A DNA stretch of 64,000 nt from Trichinella spiralis (Eukaryota), in NCBI RefSeq assembly GCF_000181795.1, contig NW_003526940.1, positions 699,570 to 763,569 on the forward strand. The letters run 5' to 3'. The position numbers were made by a program, and so were the translations under genes. Each line of letters begins with the position of its first letter. Within the stretch, counting starts at the first letter, position 1. Positions 12,059 to 27,376 of the stretch are shown here, piece by piece. The notes beneath the pieces are model-generated. The model saw nothing but the letters and a program-made list of their open reading frames with translations, was not told the DNA's origin and ran no database searches.

Positions 12059-12486
12059 TGTAACGAGCGAAACTACGGGTTTACTCGCTCGCGAACTTAG
12101 TGGACTGCATCTTTGTTCGTATTGAAAGGTGGGAAAGTCAAATCCGGTCGACAATCCGACTGCTGGAATTCATTCGGCAGTGAACCTGGTGGCCTGCACT
12201 TGAACTCGGGTTACGGTAGAAGGAAGGACTAGCCGAGTTGGCAATAAGGTGCGCGTGTGATACGAGTGATTGTTCGTGTGTAACATTCTGTTTTGTGTTT
12301 GTGCTCATTGATCGTGTTGTGGTTTGTCACTGCACCATTGGTTCTGTTTCTAAGCCTGCATCTTCGCTTAGTAAAGTCTGTTTCCACCTATTTGTCTTGC
12401 TTTGTGTCACGTTCGGAAACGAACGTGGCTCGGATTGCGGCTAGGTAATCATTGTTGATTTCACCTGACGCCGAATAAAAATTACA
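12059..12486 (+). mobile_element. LTR-like segment
   Basis: TGTAAC...ATTACA termini, GT-rich U5-like composition and AGTAAA. No target-site duplication found. Confidence 0.45.
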
Positions 12487-12740
12487 TTCCACTAGCTTTC
12501 AAACAACAACGGTTTTGTCGCTAACACCGACCTTAATCATGTTGCACTGACTTCCGTCACGATAACCGTCAATCAAAACCTAGATCAAGTGTCGATACAG
12601 TTTACTCAAAACGAATGATAGTGAGCCAGGGATGATAAGACAAGAAATCACTCAATATAGCACAAACAAGCAAAACAAACTTTGAAGGCAATCTTCTAAC
12701 AAACGACAAACCCACAACTTTCTCGCAAAACCCTAGAGTC

Positions 12741-14940
12741 TAGTGTTTCCCAAACTTTTTCAGGCTATCGTCCCCTTGAGAGACACATATTTTTCAAACG
12801 CCCCCCCTAAATTACTGTCAAAAAAATAATGAATTTTTAAACAGACTATTTATTCAAATCGAGTGTTCTTTCAAAAATAATCATATAGTGAAAAAAATAA
12901 TGTGATGGATGGGGTTGCTGCATTGCGACTAATCTGTCTACAATGGGTTCAATGTTGGTAAGGAACAGTCGTAAATCACCACGTTTGTCGATTTGCAGTC
13001 GGTTTCTTTTCTTTGTTAGAAAATCAGTGACAACACTAAAGCCACGCTCAACTAAATAGGAAGATGGGAAGGCGGGTAGGAACTTTCTTACCATTCTCCA
13101 TAAATCGGGATAGAGGTCAGATATTTGTTTTTGTAACCAGAAAGAATGATATCCGTTCTTAAACTTCGGCTTTAACTCTTCATTGGTTTGTAAATCAATT
13201 AACTCCTCTTCTAATTCCATTTCGATTTCATCAGTGTTTGAAAATAGGTTTATCACCCAATTTATAATCTTCATTTTGAGAATATCTTGAAATCTTTCTT
13301 GCATGTCCTTTTGTAGCACATCTAAATGATCACAATAGATTTGAATGTCATCGTCGTGTACTTCTCCATTTTCCCTGAGTGCAGCAACGCTTGGAAATTG
13401 ATAAAATTCTCTGCGCCCAAGGTTGCGTTTGAACAAAGCCAGCTTTGATATGAATGGTGAAATGAGAAATCTCGTCTTTATTAGATTAAGTTCGCTTCCT
13501 TGCAGTTGCAGATTAAGTTCATTAAACTTGGAAAATAAATCAGCCATATATGCTATGTCACTTTTGTACTTCCTCAAGCTGTCTCTCAGTGAAAGGTCTT
13601 TGTTTTGAAAGAATTCCAAAATGGTTTCAAAAAGCTCATAAAAGCGACTTAAACAAGCACCTTTCGATAACCACCGGACTTCAGTGTGCATCAGCAGGCG
13701 ATTGAATTCTTCGTCATTTTGTTCGCACAACTGGCTGAATAATCTATCATTTAAAAGAATGCTTCTGATTTTGTTTATTGCCGCAATGACGTATCCCAAA
13801 GAGCAATGTAAACGTTCAGTAAAGTGCTTTGCAACTAGATGTTGTCTGTGAATTACGCAATGCACCGCCAGTACATCCGGCACTGAGTCTTTCAGAACGA
13901 AAATCAGTCAGGTATGCGATGAATCCACGATGGCAACCTACCAATGCCGGTGCGCCATCTGATGCAACCGCTAGCAAATTCGTAAGGGAAAACTCTTTTT
14001 CTTTAAAAAATTCTTCAACGGCAAGAAATATCGATCGTTCTGTTGTATCTGTTTCCAACGGCTTCGCAAACAGTAACTTTTCATTTATTTTTTCTTCTTT
14101 AATAAATCGAACATAAGCTAATAGTAAAGCTTCATTACCCGGCAGTGTTGATTCATCCTGTTGTAACGAAAATTGTACAGTCCTCAAATAATTGTACAAC
14201 GTATCTTCCACATCAGTGGCCATTTCATCAATTCGACGTTGCACCGTAGTATTGCTTAAAGGTATTTTCTTGATTATGTCCGTTGCCGGCTTATGCAACA
14301 CCGCATGCAAAACCTCACTAACCGCCAGGAAGATCAATTCTTCGCCAATAGTGTGTGGCTTACCGGTTTTGGCAATAAGTAAAGAGATATTGTAGGATGC
14401 TTTCATTTCATCACGTTCTTGCTGTGCCGTCGATGAGAACATAGTTGTTAAAGTTGGTCGCGCATGAAATTTGAATGTCTCGAAGTGACTGAAAATAAGA
14501 CAAATCCTTTTTTTCCTTGTCTTCATGTACTTTTCTCCAGTGTTCAAATAATCTTGAAGGCTTCATTGCTTCATTAGAAAACACTTTTTCACAAATCAAG
14601 CACATTGGTAGCTGCGCGTTTTTAGGTGAAGGAATAAAGCCGTACTTTAGATACACGATAGTATACTGTCGGCACTTCTTTTTTGTGTAGGGCCTAGACC
14701 TAGGATCTTCACGCGTCATCACAGTACGCTACCGTACTCTCCTGACGCGCAGGTTTTCTTACGTTGACGACAGTATCTCCATTCCGTCATCTACACGAGT
14801 ATCAGCAGCACTGATCAACCGAATTTGGATCCGATTACCAATGACTGTTTTGCTGGAGCGCAGCGCGCGAGCCTGTCAAGCAGCTTGAAGTAGTGGTCTA
14901 TGCAGATGTAAAGATCGTCTACAAAGCTACGCACCCTTAA
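12741..14940 (-). mobile_element. Buster-type hAT transposon with near-complete but frameshifted transposase
   Basis: ORFs 14411-14722, 13816-14547 and 12846-13883 (DES, SDGAPA, HCVIHRQHL, VRWLSKG, PSSYLVERGFS). TIR-like tagtgtttcccaaact at 12741. The other end was not defined. Confidence 0.9.
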
Positions 14941-16740
14941 TATCTTTTATCATAAAATTAAAAAAATAATAATTTACTTTTTTGCTGTGAATATGAACAT
15001 AAATCTTTAATATTCAATTATTCATTGTTTTTAGAATGTGCATCCTTTTTTCCAAAATCAGTAATTTTTAGGTCGTTTATTTAAAGTATATTTTTCACAA
15101 GCTCCAGCAATATCTTCTTAATTTCTGCTTAACATCCAAGAAATCGATATAGAGCAAATGCATTACTTCAGCACCAGACTTGTGAGTTCAGCGTTTTATT
15201 TATATACAGATTCACATAAGGTGAGTGACTGATGATGATTATCGTGCGTAATTAATTAACAGTTGAATTTCATCGCCTTCAACATTCTTGGTGCTTTACT
15301 AACGTCACTTCAAAATGACATTCTTTAGCTTCCTAGTCTGTTATATCAGCTGAGTTGCACTTCCAACTGTTATATTGTGCTATTAAACCAAAAAAAGTTA
15401 TAAATTGACAAAGTTCCTGTAGATGCATTGCAAATTATGACTGGCTTAAATTGTGGTAAATAAATGTAATTTTCAATATTTATGATCTTAAACATTTTGA
15501 TCTCACTATTTGAAAATTCGGAAATTAATCGCTTGAATTGGTAGATAGCAAAAAATTTTCAAATGTAAAATGATGTTTTCCAAAAAATTTTAGTTGTACA
15601 TGTAACAGACAAAAACCAAAATACATGAAAATTCATAAGTTAAATAAACAGAACAACAAAAAAACGCTTAAACGATGACTTGAAAAAGAAACCACGCTCA
15701 TCACCCGAATTTATCTTAACAGTTAGTACAAACATAAAGTCGTGATATCTCTTCGAAGTGCAACATGAGAAGCAGCGAATAAACAAACGCAGCAGTAACA
15801 ATCACTATAAACGAACAACTATAATGACCAACTGAACAAAAAGCCTGCACAAGTTGACCTATTTCATGATTGTATGCGAGTGATGTAAACAAATATCACT
15901 GGTGTAAAATAATTTTATTGTGTAAATAATTCAGTATACTGTTACAATTATATTTTATAATCACATAATTTTGTTGGTTCTTTTCTTTCAAGCTTTAGTT
16001 AATATATTTTATGAAATTAGTTACACTTTGGAAATGAAAATTTAAATTTGAATATAAAACTAAACAAAAATTTTGAACTTTTTAAAGGAAAAATTTATTT
16101 CTAAAAGTAGAGGATTGTATACTGAAGTTGCACTAAGTAAGCATTTAACATTTCAGGCGTTAAGTATGAAATCGCTTTATAAATGACGTTCTTAGTGCAG
16201 TTGCGAAAGGCATTGCCCCTACGATTATAAGTTACATAGTAGTGCTCAATCCGCACAGTCCTAAGTGAATAAAATTCCTTTCTACTCATGATGCTTGCCC
16301 ATGCGCATTCGGAGAGAGAAGTTAAGCAAACTTATCGCCAGTTGGTCATTACATTGGCATCAGCAATACTGTAAGTATAATGAGGAAATAAATTTTAAGT
16401 TTTATTTCCAGTAATGTTGTAAATTTTGATCCTTGAATGATTAAAAAAATTTTTTTTTAATAAAATAACATTTCAATAAAAAATTCTTGGTTTTATCCTG
16501 CATTTCATTAAAGTAGAACAGTTTCGAATTGTAGTGTCATTTTGCTGTTCTTAAATGCAAAACTTTATTATATTTTTTATTTTTCATTCTAAAATATTTT
16601 TTTTAAGAAATTAATAATTTAATTATTGTATAAATTAAAGTGTCTGTAATTAATGACGTTAACGTTCAATTGGCTTTTAGCGCGAACGATACTGTAAATT
16701 ATGATTTCTATTGTAATTGTGTTCTTTGTCTGTTTCTAAT

Positions 16741-19700
16741 ATGGCGCAGAGTTTTCAACATGCAAGTGAAAAAGTTTTTGAAAATCGAAGTATTAGATCA
16801 GCTATAGACAGTCGCTTCGGGTATGACATTTGCGATGGGAAAGTCGAGAAAGCTGCTTGGCTCATAAATATGCATGCGGTAATTTGTTGCTTTAACAGTA
16901 AACCGTTTTAATCTTACAAGTTTTGGAATTTTTATTACAATTTTATTTTATTTTATTCCATAAGATATTATATTATATTTAACTTGTTGTATTTTTAATA
17001 ATACGCAGTTGGCAATGTTTCTTTTGAATTAAAGTTCTTCGTTTTATTCTTCGAGTTTATGTACTTTATTGTTATAATTAAATTTTTGTGTAATTATTTT
17101 TCATATATATTTGGTTTATGAAATGCTTTTTTTATCCTCTGTAATAATAAAGTAGTTTAAGTTTTTCTAACTGAAATTTTGTTCAATTTTTTTTGATGAA
17201 CAGTTATTTGCTGCTGTTTTGATTACGTGAAAGTTTTTTTAAAAACAGACAGAAATTTCGAACAAGAATGGCCGTATGGAAAGCGCAATGGAATATTACT
17301 TTTTGCAAGCTGATGGTACCAAATTCAAGGTATTGGTTTTTATTTTATTTTATCAGTTTTAAAACTATGTTATGTTTTAGCTACTTTATTCATACAGACC
17401 ATACTTTTTTGTTTCTGTAAGAGAAGGATCCGAAGCGGATTTTGTTGTTATGGTGACGAAACTTTTTGCTGGATTGGTAGATTCAGCTGAAATTGTTGAG
17501 AAAAATGACTTGGATCAGGTATCCCACTGATTTAAAAATTTTATAATTCTGGGAAGTAGTTTATACATTGCTTTTTCTTTTTTGAAAGTGTTTTACAACT
17601 ATTATTATGCATTGCATGACATTTCATATAATTATGTAATTGAAATTTGATGAAAATATTTTTGTTTTTTATAAAGTAGAAATGATTTTTTAATATTATG
17701 TAGTCCATTGAATATTTGGTATAATTACATTTATTTTCTTACAGACGAACCATCTATCCGGCCTACGTCGATTGTATGTGAAGTTATACTTTTTGAACAC
17801 CAGTGATCTTGTGAAAGTTCGCAACGAAATCATGTACAAAGTGGAGGACAATAAAAAAGTCATTTCGTCTCGTGATTTTGATGGAATTTCTGTCAAGTAA
17901 GCTTTTTGTTTATTCAGTTGTTGAAAAGGTTGTTGTAGAATGGCTGTTTAGTTCTGCAAATACGGATTCTGAATTTTCCAATGCTGGGTTTCAAGAACGT
18001 TTAGAAAGTGTCTTGGATATCCGGTAAGTCATTTATTTCTTGAGTGAAAGTAAATTTTGTTTTATTCACTGTTTAATTACGCTAACTCTCATTTAGTGAA
18101 TACGACATTCCTTATTACATTCGCGCAACGATTGATTTAAAAATTTTTGTTGGTCTTTGGTATGATATAAGTGCGACGAATGGAAAAATTACAAAAATCG
18201 AACCCATACGAGATCGGATCAACAGACCAGTAAATAGAATGAGTAGTTTAATAAATTTGCAGTGTGCAGTTTGCTTTTTAAGGAACCGTGTGTTCTTGCA
18301 TTTGACATTGAAACAACCAAAGCACCTTTAAAGTTTCCTGATTCTTCTTGTGATGAAATAATGATGATTTCATACATGATCAACGGACAAGTCGTTTTTT
18401 GATGATTTTTCTATATATATATAGTTCCATTAATAATTAATTTTTCAGGGTTTTTTAATTATTAACAGAGAAGTTGTTTCAGAAGATGTGGAAGATTTTG
18501 AATACTCTCCGAAACCGGAATTTGAAGGTCATTTTTCAGTGTTCAATGAAGCTAATGAACAATCGTTGTTACTTCGATTTTTTGGTGAATTTCAAAAATA
18601 TGCTCCGGACATTGTTGTCACTTATAACGGTGATGCTTTTGACTGGTAAGCAAAGTTGTTGGCATTATTGATTCGAATTATGCAATTCATCGAATAGTTG
18701 TGTTTGATATTATTGCAGGCCATTTGTTGAAGCCCGTGCTACAGCTTGTGGCTTGGATATGTACACCTCTTTAGGATTTCGTCGAAATGCTTCTGGCGAA
18801 TACAAATCGCGCCAGAGTTCTCATATGGATGCTTTTAAGTACAGCGGTGATTTTTTATTTTGAATAGAGTTGTTTAAAGTTATTTTAAGATGGGTGAAGC
18901 GAGATAGTTATTTACCGATGGGCAGTCACAATTTGAAAGCTTGCGCTCGGATAAAGCTGCGCTATGATCCGGTTGAGTTAGATCCTGAAGAATTGGTACC
19001 GATGGCGAGGAGCAAGCCTCAGGTTCGACTAAGTATTAATTTAAAAAATTTGTTGCATATTTTGTTTCATCTTCAGGCTGTGGCTAATTACTCTGTATCC
19101 GATGCTGTTGCTACTTATTATTTATACATGATTTACGTTCATCCGTTTACATTCGCCCTGTGCACAATTATTCCCATGAATCCTGATGATGTATGCAATT
19201 TGACAGTAAAGAGACAATTATCCGTTTTGAATTTATTTTTTTTATTTAGGTACTTAGAAAAGGTTCTGGAACCTTATGCGAAGCGTTATTGATGGTGCAA
19301 GCGTATCAGTCGAACATTATATTTCCAAATAAAAAGGGTGCGGATGTGAAGAAATTCACCGCAGACGGTCATTTGGTGATGTCTGAAACTTACGTTGGCG
19401 GGCATGTCGAAGCTTTGGAATGTGGAGTCTACAAGTCGGATATTGCGTGTCAGTTTGACGTCGACTTGACTACAGTGCAGAAATTGATGGATGATTTGGA
19501 AAATACGTTATTGTACAGCTTGCAAGCGGACAGCGTGACGTTAGATCAGATTGATAATTTTACCGAAGTGAATATTTATCTCTTTTTTTACCTTTCTATA
19601 TTCTGTTCTGTTAAAGTGAATTCTTATTTTTCAGGTATGCAACGAAATCAAAGAGAAATTGCAATCATTGAAAGATTCACCGAGTCGTCATGAGACACCG

Positions 19701-22700
19701 CTAATTTACCATCTTGACGTGGGAGCTATGTATCCGAACATTATTTTGACCAATCGACTTCAAGTAAATTTACTACAACCTGTATGTGTGCATAGAATTA
19801 TATTTTTATGAATAAATAAAATTTAGCCCCCTGCAATTGTTAACGAATCCGTTTGCGCTGTATGTGATTTCAATCGACCAGGCGCGAAATGTCGTCGTTC
19901 AATGGAATGGGTGTGGCGAGGAGAACTTTGTACTGAATTGAATTGAATTGAATTATTATTTTTTTATAATGTTGTTTATGATCATATTTTACTTTTCCAT
20001 TGTTGTTTAGTGCCGGCCAACAAGAGCGAATATCAGTGGATCATGCAACAGTTGAACAAAGAAAAATTGTCCACTGCTTCGAACAGTTCGTCCAGACATT
20101 TTCATCATCTGTCTGACGATGAGAAGAGTGAATTCGAAAACAAACGTTTGAAGGGTAATTATTATTTTTTTCGTTCAAATTTTATCAATTAAATTATTAT
20201 TACTTTTCACAGAATACTGTAGGAAAGCTTATGGTAGGAATCACGATTTTCGCACCGAAGTGAAAAAGACACTTGTTTGTCAGAGGGAAAATTCCTTTTA
20301 CGTTGATACAATTCGAGCTTTCCGTGATCGCCGTTATGAATACAAGTGTTTATTAAAAGTGAAAATGAGCTTAGAAATGATTTTTGTTTTCTTTACAACG
20401 CTTATTGGTTGTTTAGTCTGCAAAGAAGAAATTGGCTGAAGCGACGGCGGCTTGCAATTTTGAACAAATCAAAGATTTCAAAGCTAGTTGCGTATTGTAC
20501 GACAGTTTACAATTGGCTCACAAGTGTATTTTGAACTCTTTTTATGGATATGTGATGCGCAGAGGGTAGGATTGAGTATTCCTCCGAAAATTTTCCCCCA
20601 ATTTCAAATAATTCTCTGGTTTTCTTTTGTAGATCTCGTTGGCACAGCATGGAAATGGCTGGCATTGTTTGTCACACTGGAGCTATGATTATTAAAAAAT
20701 CTCGCGAATTGATCGATAAAATAGGGTATTGTATGGTTGTTTTCTCTTGTCTTGTAATTATTGGGTTTCTGTTGCAGACGGCCTTTGGAATTGGATACTG
20801 ATGGCATCTGGTGCATTTTGCCATCGTCATTTCCAGAACAAGCAATATTTAAACTTCGTGACGGCGGTGGAAAAGTGACGGTATCATATCCGGCGGCACT
20901 ATTGAACATGATGGTTAGCCAATGTTTTACTAATGATCAATACCACGAATTGATCAACCAGTCGACATTGTCTTACAAAGTTAGATCAGAGAATACGATA
21001 GCTTTTGAAGTCGATGGGCCGTACAAAGCGATCGTATTGCCTTCTTCTAAAGAAGAAGGGAAAAAATTGAAAAAGAGGTTTTCTGATATTATTAATAACT
21101 GAAGCGCAAAAGTGGCAAACAAACAAATTATTACTTTTAGATATGCGGTTTACAATTTTGACGGCAGTATTGCTGAATTGAAAGGTTTTGAAATTAAACG
21201 TCGTGGAGAGCTGCAGTTGATAAAAATTTTCCAATCGGCTGTCTTTGATGGCTTCTTGAAAGGAAGCTCTTTGGAAGAGGTTTACGGTAGCGTGGCTGAA
21301 GTGGCCAACTACTGGCTAGATTTGCTTTACTCAAAGGTTGTCATCACTTATTTCATCCATAAGGAAGCGATGAAAATTTGCATTGTTTTTCTTTCTTCTT
21401 ATTCGAACAAATTTTAGGCAGTCGATATTACTGATGCAGAATTGTTCGATTTGATTTCTGAAAATCGCAGTTTGTCCAAAAAGATCGAAGAATACGGAAA
21501 TCAGAAATCGGCGCCAATTATAGCTGCTAAACGACTTGCCGAGGTTAATTTCTGGCAATTAATTGAAACAAATTTCACGTTTATCTTTCAGTTTCTTGGT
21601 GATGAAATGATAAAAAATTCTGGTCTCAATTGTCGTACTGTGATTTTGAAGGAACCTCGAGGGGCACCGACTTCAGAAAGGTTTTGTGTTCACTTTTTTT
21701 CTCAAAATGAACTTTTATAAATTAAATGTTTAAATTACTTTCAGGGCTGTTCCTGTAGCAATTTTCCAAGCAGATGCCAACATAGCTAGACACTTTTTGA
21801 AACGTTGGTTGAAGCGATGTGATTTTTCTGAAAATTTCGACATTAGAGAGGTTTCTGTTTCACATGAAATGAGAAATGTTTGTATCCTATTTAATTTCCA
21901 AATTTTTTAAAATTCTTCTACAGATCATTGATTGGGATTATTATATTGATCGTTTGGGCAGTACTATACTGAAACTGATATCAATTCCTGCTGCAATACA
22001 AGGAGTTAATTTTTATATTTCATTGAGATTCAGAGAAGTTTGCTTATTTCATTTCGAAATGAATTTAGGTTACTAATCCAGTACCGAGAATCCCTTTACC
22101 CGACTGGGTACGTAATAAAGTTGCGGTGACGGATAATTCTAGGAAACAAGTTCGATTGAATGATTTATTTCGACCTATGCAAGACATCGAGGTTGTTGGG
22201 ATTGCATTTGAAGAAAGATTATTTTTTTCTATGATTTTATTTTCTGTATTAGGAACTTTGGACAACTGAGGATGAAGAAGCAGGGAAAGCATTAGCGGCT
22301 AAGAAAGCACTTCAAGCATCCAAAGGTGGTAAGAAGAATGTGAAATCAGTTACCGATGAAATTCTAGGCGAATCAACGTCTGCACAAAAGAAGGTTACCA
22401 GTCGCTTCTTTTCTTTGTTTGTTAAAATATTGATATTTTAATAAATTTTCAGAATTACGTACTTTCTTGGTTGTATGGTTTGAAAAAAAGATGGATGCAT
22501 ATGCATCGTCAGAGCAGGAAAAGGCCTCATGAGATGATCGAATCTGACGTGATCACTTCTCAAGCCACCGGACCTACTCATCGGGTTGATCAAATGCTTC
22601 TAGCGAGTCCAAGAAACCTTCTTACTCGTCCTTGGAACATTATTCAAGTATTTATATAATTCAAAAAAAAATACATGAATTATTTGTTATATTTTATTTT

Positions 22701-25700
22701 TAAGATTTTGAAAAACAAAGAGCCTGGCTTGTTTACACTTTGGGTTTCGATTGGTTCTGAATTGCACAATGTTCGACTTCGAGCACCAAGAATTTTTTAC
22801 GTCAATCAGCGTATTCCAAAGCAGATTGATTCTACCGATGGTAAATTTATTTTATTTTTGAAAATTTTTAAAAATATTATTTGTGATTTCAGTTTATCGA
22901 AAGTGTATTCGCACACTTCCACGTTCTCACCCAGTTTATCATTTGTATGAATATGAAGTTCCTGAAGAAAAATATGAACGGCATTTACAGTATTAATAAT
23001 AATAATAATAGCTGTTTGAATTTTATTTTCATACAGTTTATTAATTATAGTCAATTGAATACGGAAATAAATGCGTTTCATATTGAAGGCATTTATGAAA
23101 CGCGAGTGCCGTTGTTTTTCAGAGTGCTTATGCAGCTTGGTTGTGTTTGTCAAGCGAAACCAGCGTTGCGCGATTTACTGAAAGTTTGAAAATTTTAATA
23201 TTTACTATTGAACAAATCATTGGAATTTTTTGTTTTCTCCTCTTAGGTTCCTGAAGAGTTCAAATTAAATCAACTTGATTCCGCTTTGGATGACGATGTC
23301 AGATACCTGTCCGAAGATGTGTTCAAAACAATCTTCTTGTACAATTATGCTCAGTATGTGTCATATTTATTTATTATTATGATTATATATTTTTGAGCAC
23401 AAATTTTAGAGATACTAGATCGGTGTGGTGTCTGTGCATGCCGAATACAAAAATTGGATTGGTATGGATTGTGGAAAAAAGTGGTATTGCCAATCATCCC
23501 AACGTTTCTGCACTATACAGTCAAGAACGCAAGGCGAAGTTTGTTATTTAGCTAGTTTACATTTTGCATTGTAACTTTTAGATGAAGTTGAATTTGATTT
23601 TCAGGTTAGAAGTTAATAGCAAACGAATGTTTCCCGAAGAAGATTACACTTTTAAAGTGACAATGGAAACGAATGTTCGTCAGGTATTTTCCCTTTTGTG
23701 AATTTATTTATATTTGTTTTTTTTGAATACATAATAATAATAATAATAAATAATAGGTTTATCGTTCTATGCAACGAGCTCTACGATCGTATCACGATGG
23801 AAAGCATGGTCCTACAATGGTAGCCTACATATCTTCCCACGGTATCGATTTATCGTTTTGATTAAAAAAAATATTCATCTATCTCATTTTTTTTCTCAGA
23901 ATGTGATCAATTGATGAGCTTAATTTCGTCGTTGTCATATTTTCCGGTGGTGAAATTGCGAATAGTTGACGGGTTATTATTTCATTTTTTCACTGTTTAT
24001 TGCATTTTTAAATTAACAATTATCTTCTCCGGTGGTTGATGTTGGAAAATTGATTTCAGAGAAAATGTGTTCAGCTGCTTGGATTGGCAGCGTGTCGGTT
24101 GTAAAAAAGTGGTTACTCATTTTTTGAATGTTAATTCCTATTTGACGGTAAATTTAAATAAATGGGTGAAATAAATCGAAATGGAATAGGTTAAATTTGT
24201 CATTTGCAGACATTCAAAGATTTGTGTCGTTACATGCGCATCCCTTTGGGAAACGTGCCGACCAATCCGACACAGTACGGCTCAGATTTGAGCTATGCCA
24301 GGCATTTGTGCAAAAGTGGTCACGTGCTTTGGTGTTCAAATTCGGATGTTCCAGATTTTGGCGGCAAAGAAACCGACGATCACCGGTAGAAGGGTTCAAA
24401 TTGTAATATTGAAATTGATGAGCCCAATGGTACTTGTTTTATAATTTCAGATTGAACGTCGATTCAGATGATGCAGTTGATTCACAGATCAACCGAGCGG
24501 GTTTTTATAAAAATATCACTTTCGAATTGAACATCGTCAGCTTGCCAATTGCTGCCGTTTTATCGGTAAGATATTTTATTTATTTTTTATTAATTTAATT
24601 TGTTTGTGGAATTTATTTTTAAGACAAGTCGTATTTTGGATTTTGATAATTCAGAAGCTTTTTTCAAAGCTTCTTCAACGACGAAAAAAACGGGCGTTGC
24701 CACGTTGCACAGTCTGAATTCGTACAATAATGACGAGAGCATTTTGCTTTCAAGCGCTTTTAAGTATGAATTTGTCATTTCAGTTCAAAAGAAGTTTTGC
24801 ATATTTTTAAGTTTTCTTAATTTCAAGAGTAATGAAACAAATGGTACACGGTTGGCTGAAGGAAGTGACCCTTTTTCAAAATGTATTTGCCGATAATCAT
24901 ATGATTCATTTTTACCGGTATACAATGGAAAAAATTATATTTAAAAAAATGGCCAGCATTCCATAAAATTAACACATATTTTGTATTTTTATTGTTTGTC
25001 TAGATGGTTGGGATCGACGGATTCGTTGCTGTTCGATCCGTGCTTGAAACGAGCTGTAGACAGTCTAATGAAAAAGCTCTACTTAATGGTAAGTGAATTT
25101 TTTAAAAAATATTCATATGTTTATTTGTAATAATTTTTTTTCTTGAAAAAACAGCTGATTGCCGAGTTGGATCAGATGGGTTTGCAAATTGTGCACGCAG
25201 ATTTGAATCGGGTGATTTTGTCAAGCGGTCGTCCAAAATACGACGATGCGGTTGCTCATGTCGATTATATTCTGCGAACGATTCAGAATAAGGAAATTTT
25301 TTCTGTCGTCGATTTGTTGAAAAGCAAAATATGGAATCTTTTGCTTTGGTTGGATGAGGTGATATTGTTGTTTTTAATTTTTCTATTTTACAAGAAGAAG
25401 ATGAAAAATATTCTGCAGAACAATTACGGCGGAGTGGAACAATGCACCACGCAAGGGGCTCGCACTGATCCAATGCGTGCCGACACCACCACTACTGATA
25501 ATGTATATGTTAATTAGTTGTTTTTTTTGGATTTTGTTTGAATATAATTTTCAGATTGGTTTAACGATGAATTGGCAATTGTTACACTTTTTACCCAGTG
25601 CATTCAATTGTCAAGAAAGTTTCAAAGTAATTCACGAAAAAAACATAAAATATACAAATTTGCAAAAGTTTGCTGTTTTAATTTTTTTTCCTTCAGATGA

Positions 25701-27013
25701 TCATTGCCGGTTATATAATGTTGATTTATAATTTTCTTATCGATTCTGATTTGCAATCAAATTCTGCTGATTTGGACAACAATGACGAACAAATGATGAT
25801 GACAACGACGCAGCCGACCATTTCTCAAGGTTTGATGCAGCAGAAGGCGAGCATGAAATTGAATTATGAACGTTTGAAACAGTTTTCACTCGAACTACTC
25901 AACGGGGAACTTTCTGAAAAGTTGTTCAAGTAGGCAAAAATAAGAATTTGATAATTTCGGTTCATTAATTTTTTAATAATTTTCCATTCATCCCATTTTA
26001 CAAATTCTGCAGCACTGTTCGCAAAGTTCAACGCGCGGCAAAGCTGCATCCCGACACCGTTGCCTCCACGTTTCCACGTTTCGTCGGCTCCCATTTGCAT
26101 CTGACCAATCCGGCTTTGGAGTTGGCCAAAACGCTCTGCAAAGTATTTCATTTTAATTCAAAAAAATAATTAATACAACCACACCTTCTTTTCGTTTTCT
26201 TCTCTAATTGTTCGAAATTTTTTTCTATTTAGGTGCTCAGCTTGGATGAAATGATTGCCGACGAAATATACCCAATCAAACGGGACCTGTTGGCAATTTT
26301 GAACGTGGGAGAATTTGCTGAAATTGCCGAATGGAAAAATCCATCCCTTTCAATGATTTTACGCGATGTATATTAACTGACATATATATATATATATATA
26401 TATGTTTAATTCATTTGTATTGCTTTTTTTAAGTTTCCATGTAAGCAGTGCAATTTGTGTCGCGATTTGGATTTGTGTCGAGATTTTGAATTGAACTCCA
26501 ACGATTCAGAAACGTAAAGCTGAAATACTGTCCACTCTTTTCATATATCTTTATTATGTTATAATATTTGTTTTTTTTTCTCTTCTTTTTAAAGTGAAAT
26601 TTGGCGATGCAGCCGGTGCAAGACCGTTTACGATATTGGCGACATTGAGTTTCGACTTTTGCAATATTTGAACAATTTTTGCAAATCTTACTTCACTCAA
26701 GATCTGAAATGCGAAAAATGTCAAGAGGTAAAATTTATGAGTAATTCATTTTTTTTATTTAAAAATGAAAAAAAATACAACCAACAGGTGAAAGAGAGTC
26801 ATTTGAAAGTAAGATGCGAATGCGGAGGGTCATACGTATGCTGCTATCGCAGTGAGAAACATCTTCAAAAGATAACTGTTATGAAAAATATAATAAAGTT
26901 TGTTTGAATTATTTTCTTTTTTCATTGTGATTATGATAATTTTCATTTTACTACTACCATTTAGCCGATTTCAAATGGAAAGCCTCCGAACTGCACTCAG
27001 TTGGATTTGTTGA
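16741..27013 (+). CDS. POLE: DNA polymerase epsilon catalytic subunit A (multi-exon)
   Basis: Spliced exons give Exo [92 protein letters not shown] and C-terminal Cys clusters (CKQC, CSRC, CEKC, CEC). Stop TGA at 27011-27013. Confidence 0.97.
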
Positions 27014-27376
27014 AACTGACAACACCCAAGTTTGTTGATTAGAAGAAGAAGAAGAAAAGAAAACTATTTTCTGTGAATGCTAATAAAATTTAAATTGAAA
27101 ACTAATTTACTTATTTATTCAACTGTATTGAAATAGAATATTTTAAAAATCACAATCCCAGAAATTCAATCTACTTCAAAATGCGGCAACGTTAATAAAG
27201 AAGGTACTGAATAATAATAACAATAATGAGACGAATGAAAAAATAGCAAAGATTGAAAAACAAGCTCATCATTTGCACGAAATGTGAGCGAAACTCAGGA
27301 CCGAAGAACGAAAAAAAATATATACGCAAAATTACATGTGCAGAGATCTGACTACTATCTTTAAAAATGTGACAAA

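Noticed and set aside
18283..19140. Possible proofreading-defective POLE
   Set aside because: Exo I (DIE), Exo II (NGDAFD) and Exo III (YSVSD) acidic residues are all intact.
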